From positions 1 through 64,000 of the forward strand of contig MEDX01000011.1 of NCBI GenBank assembly GCA_001724245.1: a DNA stretch of 64,000 nt, given 5' to 3'. Every line of letters begins with the position of its first letter. Position 1 is the stretch's first letter. A model generated the notes under the pieces. That model saw only the letters and a program-made list of their open reading frames with translations. It did no database searches and was not told the DNA's origin. Shown here piece after piece: positions 37,065 through 48,551 of this stretch. Source of the DNA: Fonticula-like sp. SCN 57-25 (taxonomy: Eukaryota). A program made the position numbers and the translations under genes.

Positions 37065-40000
37065 ATGGAGAGCAATAGCTGTTTCAACCGCCTGCGGCGA
37101 CGGTTTTTCGACAGTGTACGCGGTGGGGACGTGGGCCGCTCATGTTGCGCGCGAGGCGGCGTGCGCTTGAAAGATCTGGATGCTGACTTTGTGTTGCAGT
37201 CGCCCGGCGTTACTCCGCCGCGCTCGATCGAGATCAATGATCCCAACTGGCGGCCTCACTCGTTTTCGGACAACCGCATCTTCACGGCAAAGTACACGAT
37301 TTGGTCGTTCCTGCCAAAGTTCCTCTTTGAGCAGTTCATGCGACTGGCCAACTTTTACTTTTTGGTCGTCTCCATTATTCAGGTGCGTTGCTTTTGGTGC
37401 TTGCTCCTTGGATCGCTCACCCTCGCGCCCAGATGTCGAGCGAGCGTCTCGCGCCGACTGGTCAATATTACACCTTCGTCCCGCTCATGGTCATTCTTGC
37501 GCTTACCGGCTTTAAGGAGATCCTCGAGGACTGGGTGCGCAGTTCCATTGCATTTCCCGCCGCGATCCTCACCTCTCCATTTCTCGCCCCTAGCGTCGCC
37601 ACAGCCAGGACGACATCACCAACAACCGCACGGTGATCGTGAGCAGGAACAACGGCAGGTTCATTGCCGTAAAGTGGAAGAACGTGGTGGTCGGTGACAT
37701 TGTGCTCATCAAGAACGGCGACCCGTTCCCCGCTGACCTGCTGCTCCTCTCATCCTCGGAGCCCGAGGCGCTCTGCTACGTCGAGACGTCCCAGCTTGAC
37801 GGGTACGCACCTTGCCCGATCCCGCTGCTCTTGTGCTGATGATGTTGGTGATGCAGAGAGACAAACCTCAAGATCCGCCAGGGCGTGTCGCAGACGTCGC
37901 CCTTTGACAAGCAGGAAAAGATCTCTGGCCTGCGCGGTACGTCGCTGCTCTGACGCGCGCGTTTGTCACTCACGCATCGAATTGCAGCCACGTTTGACTA
38001 CGAGGGGCCCAACAACAGCCTGTACACCTTTGAGGGGTCGCTCAACATTGACGGCACCAAGGTGCCCATCGGACCGATGCAGATTTTGCTCCGCGTACGC
38101 CTTTTCAAACTGCTCTGCCGCCTGTTTACTCACAGTGGCTCGCTAGGGATCGCGCCTCGTGAACACCAACTTTGTCTTTGGCCTGGTTGTCTACACCGGC
38201 CACCAGTCCAAGCTGCTCATGAACGCTCGGTAGGCAAATCTTTCTATTAATTTGTAAAACTAATTTTGTCTTGCAGCTCGACGCCGATCAAAAAGTCGCG
38301 CTTGGAAAAGATGGTGAACAAGCAGATTATCGCCATTTTCGGCCTTTTGCTCCTCATGGCGGCCATTTGCACTGTCGGCTTTGTTCTCTGGGTACGCACG
38401 CCGTCCGCTTTGGCCCACTTTTCTGACACTTTTTATTCGTAGAATCGTGATATTGGTGTGGACGCGTGGTACCTTGAGTTTGGCGCGTCGTCTGGCAGCG
38501 GAACAGCGCTCGACAACTTTACGCAGTTTGTCGTCTTTGTCATCCTTTTCAACACGGTCGTCCCTATCAGGTACGAGTGCCCTTGCGCTTTTCTTTCTTT
38601 TTTAACATGTCTCTTGCAGTCTGTATGTGTCGGTTGAGTTTGTAAAGTTCTTCCAGGCCATCCTGATCAACAACGACGTCGAGATGTACTATGACGAGAA
38701 CGACACGCCCGCGCAGGCTCGCACGTCCAACCTGAACGAGGAGCTTGGCCAGATTGACTTTGTGTTCAGCGACAAGACTGGCACGCTCACTCGCAACCAG
38801 ATGCAGTTCCGCAAATGCAGCGTCGGCGGCATCAAGTACGGCGCTGGCTACACTGAGGCGTACCGCGCGATGGCGGCGCGCACCAACATCAAGCTCGAGC
38901 CGGACCCGCCGGAGCTCGCTGCGACCGCGACGGACGACTTTTGCTTCTACGACCCGACGCTGATGGAGAACCTGACGATCAACAAGCACATCACGTCGCC
39001 GTTCATCCGCGAGTTCCTCATCATGCTCGCCGTGTGCCACACTGTGATCCCCGAGCGCGACAAGAACGACCCGCAAAAGACGCTTTACCAGGCCGCGTCG
39101 CCCGACGAGGCCGCGCTCGTCAAGGCCGCCAAGGAGTTTGGCTTTTACTTTTACGCGCGCAAGCCCGACACTGTCCGCATCATGGCGCTCAACAAGCCGC
39201 TCGAGTACAAGATCCTCGCCGTGCTCGAGTTCAACAGCACGCGCAAGCGCATGTCGGTCATCTGCCGCTCGCCCGAGAACAAGATCATGCTGTACTGCAA
39301 GGGCGCCGACAATGTCATCCTCGAGCGCCTGAGCCCGCAGCAGCCGTTCCGCGACCCGACCATTGACCACCTGCAGTCGTTCGCCGCCGAGGGCCTGCGC
39401 ACGCTCTGCTGCGCGGTTCGCGAGATCCCGCCGGCCGAGTTTGAAGAGTGGATGGCGCGCTTCCAGGAGGCCTCGACGACGCTCGAGAACCGCTCGGAGA
39501 AGATGGACGCGTGCGCCGAGGAGATTGAGCGCGGCCTGCTGCTGATTGGCGCGACCGCGATCGAGGACCGGCTCCAGGACGGCGTCGCTTCGACGATTGA
39601 CAGCCTGCTCGACGCCGGCATCCGCGTGTGGATGCTCACGGGCGACAAGAAGGAGACCGCCGTCAACATTGGCTACTGCTCGCAGCTCATCCGCGAGGAC
39701 ATGCAGGTGAAGCAGTGCGACAAGGAGACGTCCGAGGAGATTGCCCAGTGGGCCACCGAGACGCTCGAGGAGCACAAGCGGAACCCGACGCAGCCCATCG
39801 CGCTCGTCATCGACGGAAAGACGCTCACGTACGCGTTCGAGGACGCGACGTCAAAGCAGGCGATTATCGACCTGTCGCTCGCGTGCAGCTCGTGCATCTG
39901 CTGCCGCGTGTCGCCGCTCCAAAAGGCGCTCGTCGTGCGCGCAGTGCGCTCCAACCTGCGGTGCCGCACGCTCGCGATTGGTGACGGCGCAAACGACGTC

Positions 40001-41421
40001 ACGATGATCCAGACGGCCGACGTCGGTGTCGGTATCACGGGTCTCGAGGGCTTGCAGGCGTCGCGCGCTGCGGACTATTCAATTGGCCAATTCCGGTACG
40101 CCTTTTCGGATGAAAAGGTTTGATTTCAGCTGCTAACCGCGTCTTTTTTGTTTTGTTTTGCAGCTTTTTGAAGAAGCTGCTGCTTGTGCACGGCACGCTG
40201 TCGTACCGCCGCCTCTCCAAGGTCATTCTGTACTCGTTCTACAAGACGCTGACGCTGTACCTCGTGTCGTTTTACTTTTCCTTTGACAATGGCTTTTCGG
40301 GCCAGATCCCGTGGGACAAGATGTCCAACGCGCTCTGGAACATTGTGTACACGTCGCTGCCGGTCATCGTGCTCGGCCTGTTTGACCAGGATGTCACGCC
40401 AGAGCAGCTCATGCTTCACCCGCAGCTCTACCGCAGCGGACAGCGCAACGACTTTGTACGCACAATTTTTTTGATAATGCCCTTATTGTTCATGTTCATG
40501 ATATTACTGTTGTTTATGTTGATGTCGTTGATATTGATGTTATTTCATCGCTAACCGAATGTTTAGTTCAAAGCGACTGTGTTTGCCGGCTGGTTTATCA
40601 ACGCCATCTTCCAGTCACTTGTCATCTACTACGTTATCAACCACCTGCTCTTCTTCCTCAACGTGTTCACCAGCGGCGCGTCCTTTGACCTCTACATCAA
40701 CGGCACGATGCTCTTTGGCACTGTCCTGCTCGTCGTCTCGTTCAAAATGGCCTTTATCACGAGCTACTGGACCGTCTGGAATCACGTGTTCTTGTGGTGC
40801 TCGCTCGCGGTCTACTACATCATTGTCATTGTCTGCGGCGCGGTGGATATCAAGTTCTACGCCGATGCCCAGGTGCTCTTCCAGGTCATGACGGGGCTGC
40901 TCAGCTCGGCCCTGTTTTACTTTTCGACGGTCGTCATTGTCGTCGGCCTTGTCATGCGCGACTATGCCTGGAAATAGTGCGTTTTTTGTTTGGTTTCGCT
41001 CTTGGTTTGCCTGATTTTTGGTTGGTTTTGCTTGGTTTTGCTCGTTCTTGCTCGTTTTCCTGTGCTCGTGGCTGACATGTCTCTCCCCCAAAGCTTTGTG
41101 CGCCAGTTCCTCGTGCAGGACTACCACGTCATCCAGGAGGACGCCGCTCGTCAGCGCAACGCGCCGGCGGACGTCGATTTCGAGCTCGGTGACAGTGCGC
41201 ACACTTTTCTTCCTTGTCCGCCGTGCTAACTTTCAATTGCAGTGGATGCGCACAGGCGCATGACGATGAAGTACAATGCAAACCACGGCATCGGGGCCGG
41301 GTTTGCGTTCTCGCAGGATGAGCGCGAAGGGTCCAAGCAGATCGTCCCGCAGGCAAAGCTCACGCAGGTGTACGACTCGGACAAGCGCAACGACTCGCCA
41401 ACAACGGCGCCCTCGCATTAA
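37065..41421 (+). CDS. P4-ATPase phospholipid flippase, Drs2/ATP8A type
   Basis: [36 protein letters not shown] and GDGAND; C-terminal YHVIQE and autoinhibitory GFAFS. Confidence 0.95.
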
Positions 41422-41932
41422 GCAATGGTTATATATTTGGTGGGGGTTGTGGTGGCGGCGGCGTCGGCGGCCGGCGGCGGCCTTTGGCGCGCGTTCTCGT
41501 ACATATGTTGCATATCTCACAGTCACTTTTTTCGTTCTTTCGTGGCATGGTCCGTGCGCTCGCTCTGCCTTCATTCGCGGCAGGGAAGGGCAGCATGCAC
41601 AATGTATCCATCTTTGTCTTCTTTCACTTTTTGTGTTTGCTTCATTGCCATTTGTCGTCCAGGTGGCCTCGTCTTCCCTGCTCCACGTGGGCAGCAACTT
41701 TTTTTTCTCCTTTTCTCGAGATATATCCATACTGTTTGACTGTCTTGTTTTGTTACACTCCGCGAGCCACCATGGTTGGCTCCCACGTGGGTCTCTAGTG
41801 GTGCCTCGTCGGCCGGTTTGAGAAAGCTGCGATTCACTGTTCTATTTTGTAAAGGGGAATAACACGAACGCTGCTGCAAAAAAAGTGTCTGCTGCATTGA
41901 ATGGTACACAAAATATATACACAAAATGAATA

Positions 41933-43036
41933 TTACATTCTATGGCGCTCAGCGACGAGCGCCCGCCAAAGCTCGTCCGACTTGGCGCGCCTCCGCGCGG
42001 CCTCCTCGGCCGACACAGCGGGGGGCGCTTCGGGGCGCCGCTGACGCTCCATCCGCTTGGACGCGGGGCCGGGGCCGCTGCCGTGCCACGCGGGCGCCTC
42101 CTTGTATACTGCGCGCTTCACTTGCTGCTGCTGCTGCGGCGGCGGCGGCGGCGACGTTGGTGCGCGCGGCGGCATCTTGAGCTTTTCGGCGATAACGGCG
42201 AGCGAAAGGTCACCCAGCTGCGTCCCAATAGTCAGCAACGTTTTCCCTCCCTACTTTGCGCGTACCATGACCGCCTCGTCAATCTTGAATGGCCCCTGGG
42301 CCGTCCGCAGGAGGTACGTCATGACGGCGCCCGTGCCGAGCGCCTCGCCGAGATCGTGCACGAGCGAGCGCACGTAAAACCCAGACGACACGCGCATGGA
42401 GAGCTCGACCTCGGGCGTCTCAAAGCCAGTCATGCTGAGCGCATTGACGGTCACCTGCACCGGCTTGGGCGCGGGCATCGGCTGGCCGGAGCGCGCCAGA
42501 ACGTAGCTGCGCACGCCGCCGATGCGCTTGGCAGAGAAGCGGGGGGGGAGCTGTGCGTACGAGCCGCGGAACTTTGCGAGCTGCGTCTCAATGGCCTCGG
42601 CTGTCACGCCGTCGGCGGGGCGCTCGCTAGTCACTGTGCCTTCCATGTCGTACGAGTCGGTGCTCACGCCGAGGCGCGCGCGGCAGTGGTACTCCTTCTC
42701 GCAGCCGGTCAGCATCGACGAGAGATGAGCGCAACCGCGGTTGATGCCCACAACTGCAAGGCGCAGAAAGACACAGTAGTCAGAAAATGACACTGCTCAT
42801 AACAGAGATCGCGCACCCAAAAGCCCTTGCGCAAGCGGATCAAGCGTGCCACCATGGCCGACCTTGACCGATGGCTGGAAGCGACCGCGTCAGTAACAGC
42901 AGCGATCGCAAACGAGACAACATACGTCATTCAGTATCTTTTTCATGACGCGGAGAACGTCCATGGAGGACGCGCCCAGCGGCTTCCACACAGCCATTAG
43001 GCCGTGCAGATCGCGAGGCCTCAGCGCCGCCGCCAT
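41933..43036 (-). CDS. TruB-family tRNA pseudouridine-55 synthase (TRUB1/Pus4-like)
   Basis: GLMAVWKPLG, KVGHGGTLDPLA, YAQLPPRFSAKRIGG, SSGFYVRSLVHDLG and LLRTAQGPF. Confidence 0.93.
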
Positions 43037-43198
43037 GATGCGCCGGATCGCTTGAGGGGCAGTTAGATACTGGTTTCCCGCCATTTCGCAACGATGGCCG
43101 ACAGAAACGTACGGCGCATGCGCATACTCGATCACGCTACTAACGCAATACGTCGAGGATAGATCGGCCCGCAGCTACCGCCTCATTTGGCGCATTTA

Positions 43199-44338
43199 AT
43201 GAAACAGTCAGGTTCGCAGTCCGATTCTGACGACGACGGCGACGTTGGCCCGGCGCCTCCTCAAACGGCGGCGGCCGCTCCCCCGGCCGACGCACCGGCG
43301 GAGCCCGTCGCCGATGACTATGGGCCTTCGCTACCGCCAGAGTTGATGAAAGAAAGGCAGACGCGCACTGTTGGCCCGCAGATGCCGTCAGCGCTTGGTA
43401 TGCTTTCTTTTGCTCATTTGCTGCCATGGCTGACCTTGTGTGCGCGCAGTGGACACGCTGAGGCGGGCTGCCGACGCCGACGAGAAAGGGCCCGAGCTCA
43501 AGCGGCGTCGCGCGGACGAGGATGACTCGTCTGACGACGATACAGTGGGGCCGCGGCCGCCGTCGGCATCGGACGCTGCGGCTACAGAGGAGGAGACGAA
43601 TGATGCTGCCGCGCGCATCATCGAGAACGCGGAAAAGATGCGGCGCAAACTGGCCGGCGAAGATGTACGCCCGTTATATTCGTTTTACACTCATACTTAT
43701 GTGGATGAAAGGCGGCGCCCTTGACGCGCGGTGAGTGGATGACGCAGCTTCCCGAGCACAATTTCTTGACAGGTGCGATTGAACGCCAGCATGGTGAACT
43801 CGTCTGTCTAGTCTTGTTTTCGTGTGATATATATGTTCTTTTCTTTCTCCTTTCCTATTTGTTTTTATATCCTCCCGTTTATCTAATATGCGGCATGATA
43901 GGCGCCGCGCTTGATCCGATGCGCTCGCGCCAGTTCAAGCGTCACGACCGCCAAGTTCAGCAGGACTCTTCGTGGACGGACACGCCGGCAGACCGCGAGC
44001 GCCGCCGCATGGAGCGCATGAACGAAATTTCGGTGAGCAAAAAGTCGGCCGCCAAGGCGCAGGAGGAGTCTGACGCGCCCTCGGAGAAGGATCTCGAGAC
44101 GGCCAGGTTTGTGGCGGGGCACAACGCCGCGCACAGGGGCAAGTCGCTGATGGAGGTGTACAAGGAGGACCACATGCAGGAGCGCGCGGACGCCGCTCGC
44201 GCAGATATGAACAGGCCCTTTGACCGCGACCGCGACCTCACCGCGCGGTCAATGACGGCGGAGAAGCGCGCAGAGTACCTCAAGCAGGCGTCGGAGCTCA
44301 ACACGCGATTCTCGGCGGGGAAAAAGACGTTTCTGTAA
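43199..44338 (+). CDS. GPALPP1: GPALPP motif-containing protein 1 homologue (DUF3752)
   Basis: Repeated GPxxP motifs (VGPAPP, YGPSLPP, VGPQMP, VGPRPP), RGEWMTQLP, WTDTP, RGKSLM, RPFDRDRDL and LNTRFS. Confidence 0.9.
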
Positions 44339-44541
44339 ATTTATGTATAGTTTTATGGCGCACACGCGTCTCCAATGATAGCTTTGTATACTGTTACATG
44401 CTTGTATTGTGAATTTGCACGTTTCATTGCCTTGTAATACGCGGCGAAAACTCTCTCAATCTCACTCATTTCGCGCGCGAAAAAGCGATTCTTCCGCATT
44501 TGGTGTGTCAGCAGTTTGGCGTGCGCGAGTGTTGGCAGACC

Positions 44542-46178
44542 ATGGCGCTCGCGCGGGGCGGCAAGGGCGACATTGCCCTCGAACCGAGCGAGCGGACACC
44601 GACGGTTTTCTTCGTGCGCTTCTCTGACGCCATGGCGGACGCCCTTGAGCAGGATGACGCGGGCGAGCTTACCGTGACCTTGGACGAAAGGGCGGGACAG
44701 CAGGTGCGCGACCCGTGCATTGCGGCAGCCCTATGTCACTGACACTCACTTGAGCAGATGTTTCGCCTAGGGACACAGGAATTCAAGTTTTCGCGCTCAA
44801 AGGTGTGTTTCCTTGCTTAATTTGCTCTGTGATTGGACGGCTCGCTGATGCGCGTGCGCAGGAGCCGATTCAGCTAGACTGCTTCAAGGAAGGCGACAGC
44901 CGCATGATGTTTGTAGGATCCACCCAGGAGAAGCTAATTGTTAAGAGCGTCTATACCACACAAGAAATGGCGGGATATCAGCTAAAGGAGGTTGAGAGGT
45001 ACGCGCTGTGCCATGATGCGCTTTTGCTGATCTGCTTTGTTGCATCACCAGGCAAAAGACGCTGTCGGACAATGCCACCATGTGTACGCCAGCGCGCCTC
45101 GAATGTGTGTTTCCCATACTAACTTTTGTCTAGCGAAAGGCAAAGGCGTTGCCTCACGACAGAAGCCGGCGCCCACGGCCAGTCGCGTACGCGCATGACT
45201 ATTGCCTTGCTTGTTCTCACGACGCTGTAGTCCTCGCAAGGGCACGACACCGCGCAGCCTCTCCGCCGGCGGCTTGTGCAGCTCCTGGCGATGCGGCCCC
45301 TTCCCCTTGACACTATTTCTCAGACGCTGTCAGCCTCGCGAAGCGAGCTGCAGCCCGTTCTGCGCGAGGTCGCCAACCTGGAAGGACCGGCGTACGCGCT
45401 CAAGCAGGCCATCTTTAAGGAAGTGAGCGTGAACGAGTGGCCAAGCTACACCGAGCACGAGCGGAAACTCGTACTCACCAATATGAGCAAAGGTGCGTTT
45501 CCCGCCCTGTGGCGCTCTTTTCATTGGCTGAACTTTTGGTTTAGCCGCCGCTGCCTCTGAGGCGCCGCCGTCGCGGCCGACCTCGACGACGCCCAACATG
45601 GCCGCCCGCAACGTCGTCCTCGAGCGGCCCAAGGTGGCTCCGCCGCCGCCCGCCCGCAAGCGCAAATCGGACGAGGCGCCCGCCGCCGCCGATGCCGTGA
45701 AAAAGCCCAAGCCGACGATGCCGACGACGCCCATCGCTAAAAAGCCTGTGGTGGCCGCCGCAGCGAGCACCGGGTCGCGGCCCAGCACGGCAAAGAAGCC
45801 GACGGGTGACTCGGCGATCGAGACGTACCAAGAGTACAGCGCGGCCGTCGAGCGGTACAACGAGCTTCATCCAAAGTACAAGGCGCTCTTTGACAAGATC
45901 CGGGACAACCGCGTTCTCTTTACAAAGTACGCAGGGCAACCCATTGGTAAAGGAATCTAACCATGCACTTCTCTTTTAGGTTAAAGCAGGATCTTGATCA
46001 GGCAGGGGACGAGGACTCGGCCGTGCGCAAGCGGATCAAGGTCGAGTACGATAAAAGGGGGGGCGAGCGGTTGCGGCGCGACTATGACGCGCTGCACGAG
46101 CAGATCTCAAACCTGAAAAAGAGAATATCAGACTATGTTGCAAAGTGCGATAAGCAGCAGGTCAAGCCGGGGCCGTGA
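44542..46178 (+). CDS. ELL: RNA polymerase II elongation factor ELL homologue
   Basis: N-terminal FFVRFSD; central LVQLLAMRP...LREVA...EVSVNEWPSYTEHER; C-terminal occludin/ELL domain (IETYQEY...YDALHEQISNLKKRISDY). Confidence 0.85.
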
Positions 46179-46267
46179 CGGATAAGAAGCGATTCCCGAA
46201 AATTATGTTATTATGTTGCTGACAGTGTGAATAATAAAATGAAACGATATTTAACACGTAAAATTAC

Positions 46268-47204
46268 TCAGAACAAAAAGGTCGCGGACTCTACCCTGCC
46301 GACGCCCTGCATCTCGATCCTGCCGTCAAACACGCGAATGAGGGCGTACGACGTGCCGTCCTGCGGGGCCTCCAGCACCGCCGGCATAGTAAAGTGGTGC
46401 ACAACGCCCCCGGCGCCCTCTTTCCGCTCCCTGGCGTGGTACCCGCCGACGTGGTGGTGCCCAGCGAGGACCATGATGGGGCTCGCGTGACGATCAATGA
46501 CGGCATTGACGGCCTCGTGGTTGTAGAGGAGGAGCGCCGGCGTCGACGCCTCAATGTCCAGCGGGATGTGCGTACAAATGATGGCACGCTGACCTGCTTC
46601 GTCGGCCTCGGTCAGCTGCATGAGTGGTTAGTACAGGGATGCCACAGGTGCAATGGCGCACCTCGGCATCGAGCCATTGGAGCTGGCGATCCCCGACGCC
46701 CCCGTTGTACGCCTTTGCGTAGCTCAGCTCCGCGTTCTCCTCAAGGAAACGCTGCGCAATAAAGTGCTCCTCGCAGTCAGCGCCGCGGCCGACTTGCACC
46801 TCCACGCTGTCCAGCACGATGATGCGGCACCTGCCGCTGACAAAGGAGTAGTAGGGACGGTCCTCGGCGAGGCCGAGAAGGCGGCAAAGATCGGGTCGAG
46901 GGACCTCCAGGCAATGGTTACCAAGCACGTGGCGCACTGGCTGCACATTCAGCTCACTGAACGCGGCCAGCACGCGGTGAAGGTCCGCCATCGTCGCGTC
47001 TTCGTCCGGCATGCCGTCAATGATGTCGCCCAGATGCACCACGAACGATACCTCGGGGCCCTTGTTGATCAAGTCAACCGCGCGCTTGAGCTTGTCCACC
47101 GCATCGGCGTAGTGCCTCTCGCGGTTTTCACATACACGCGGAGGCTTATTGGCGTACTGGACGTCGGCGAGAACCGCAAAGACGGCCCAAGGCTCGGCGG
47201 CCAT
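46268..47204 (-). CDS. ADPRM: Mn-dependent ADP-ribose/CDP-alcohol diphosphatase (metallophosphoesterase)
   Basis: ADVQYA, HLGDIIDG, LGNHC, YNGGVG..QLQWL, THIP, AGHHHVGGY and VLEAP. Confidence 0.9.
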
Positions 47205-47457
47205 TTTACTTGAGGGTCAGATGTTTACAACTTTTGCCTAGGATGGCTAGAGTGGCTGAATTGACTCGTGCGAATATGACAGTAGCCAAAGCATAACAGA
47301 AACGCAACAAGAAGAAAATTAGAACCAACGAGTGCAACTACTTTGGTCAGTACACTAAACATACTTGAAAAGACAATGCTATATTATACAAAAAGTGTCA
47401 AGGATGTACGCGTCAGGCCGCTCGATGCCGCACGATGCCGCACGACCAACAGCGGGC

Positions 47458-48406
47458 CTACCCCGAGTCTGTTGAAAAGTTGTCGTAGCTCTCGAGATCC
47501 GCGAGCTGCTCCTTGTTGATCCAGCCCTGCACGGCGGCCTTGCGGAAGGCGCACCTGGCATGGTGGTTGAGCACCCTGAGGAACGGGATCTTGTCATCGG
47601 GCAGGATGAGCGGCCTGTTTTGCAACTCGCTCCACTTTAGCGGGTCATTCTTTACGACGCGCTTGTTGAGCAGCGCCGGGTTGAGGACCTGCAGCAGCAG
47701 CCTTCTCGACTTGTCGTTCTCGAACGGGTTGTAAAAGAAGCAAATTTCCTTCTGGTCAAACGCCTCCTCAATGTTCTTGTCGAGCAGGAGGCCGTTGCGC
47801 GGGTTGCTCTCGGCGTCGCGCGGGAGACCAAGCGCAATCCACTTGTTGGACCGCCGCTTGAGGCGGCTCGGCATCAGATGCGCGGCCACAACTTCGCCCG
47901 TGTTGCGGCCGAGAATCATGCAGTCCACCTTCTTGCCAATGTTGTAGGGCTGGTAGTACGCGATCACCGCACGCCGGAACTGGTGCTGGTCGGTCGAGTT
48001 GTAACTCGACGCGGCGTCGCTCACGCTCAGCTCCCAAAAGTCCGGCGGCTCGCTGATATCCGGGAACAGGAGCGAGCTCTCAACAGGGACCGGCGGGCGC
48101 CGCCGCCGCACCGTCACATATATCGTCAACCGCTTCGCGCCGGCGGGGACGGGTGGAAGCGGCTCACCAAGGTCAACGCCAATGATCGGCTTTCCATCGT
48201 ACGTGATCTACAACGGGCACCAGTGAGAATCCCTGGTGTTGCCTCACAACCCCGCGTACAGTGACATCCTCGTAGTTGATCGCGTCGCTAAGACGACCCA
48301 CGTTGAACGTGTCAGTAATGCGGTCGCGCACTTGGTACCACGCAGAGTCCTCGTCGTCAAACTCGTAGCCGCCCGTGGCGTCGCCCGTCCAGAACACGCG
48401 CACCAT
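47458..48406 (-). CDS. HNH endonuclease (HNH_2-like) with N-terminal ubiquitin-like header; Crinkler-like effector
   Basis: Two exons (48406-48260, 48207-47458; 52-nt GTACGC..TAG intron) giving 298 aa; FRRAVIAYY, CMILG, AAHLMP, NPRNGLLLDKNIEEAFD and PFLRVLNHHA. Confidence 0.8.
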
Positions 48407-48551
48407 GTGTTTGGTCTGCTGCCGCACAACCGGGTGCGACCTGTCAGCGTCAACCAGTCTGGGATGAGTGTTTGGGGTGGAATCCGGGCTTGATTCGTGC
48501 TCGTTAACACTCTTTTTCCCTGATCAAGCGTCCCAGGGCGAGGAAGGAAAG

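Noticed and set aside
40970-40980. Apparent premature stops or frameshifts in conserved genes (for example flippase WK-stop)
   Set aside because: Those examined are resolved by GT-AG introns; no evidence for pseudogenes or a variant genetic code.
46268-48406. ADPRM + HNH as a toxin-immunity pair
   Set aside because: ADPRM is a widespread housekeeping hydrolase with host-like features, and no mechanistic link to an HNH nuclease is evident.
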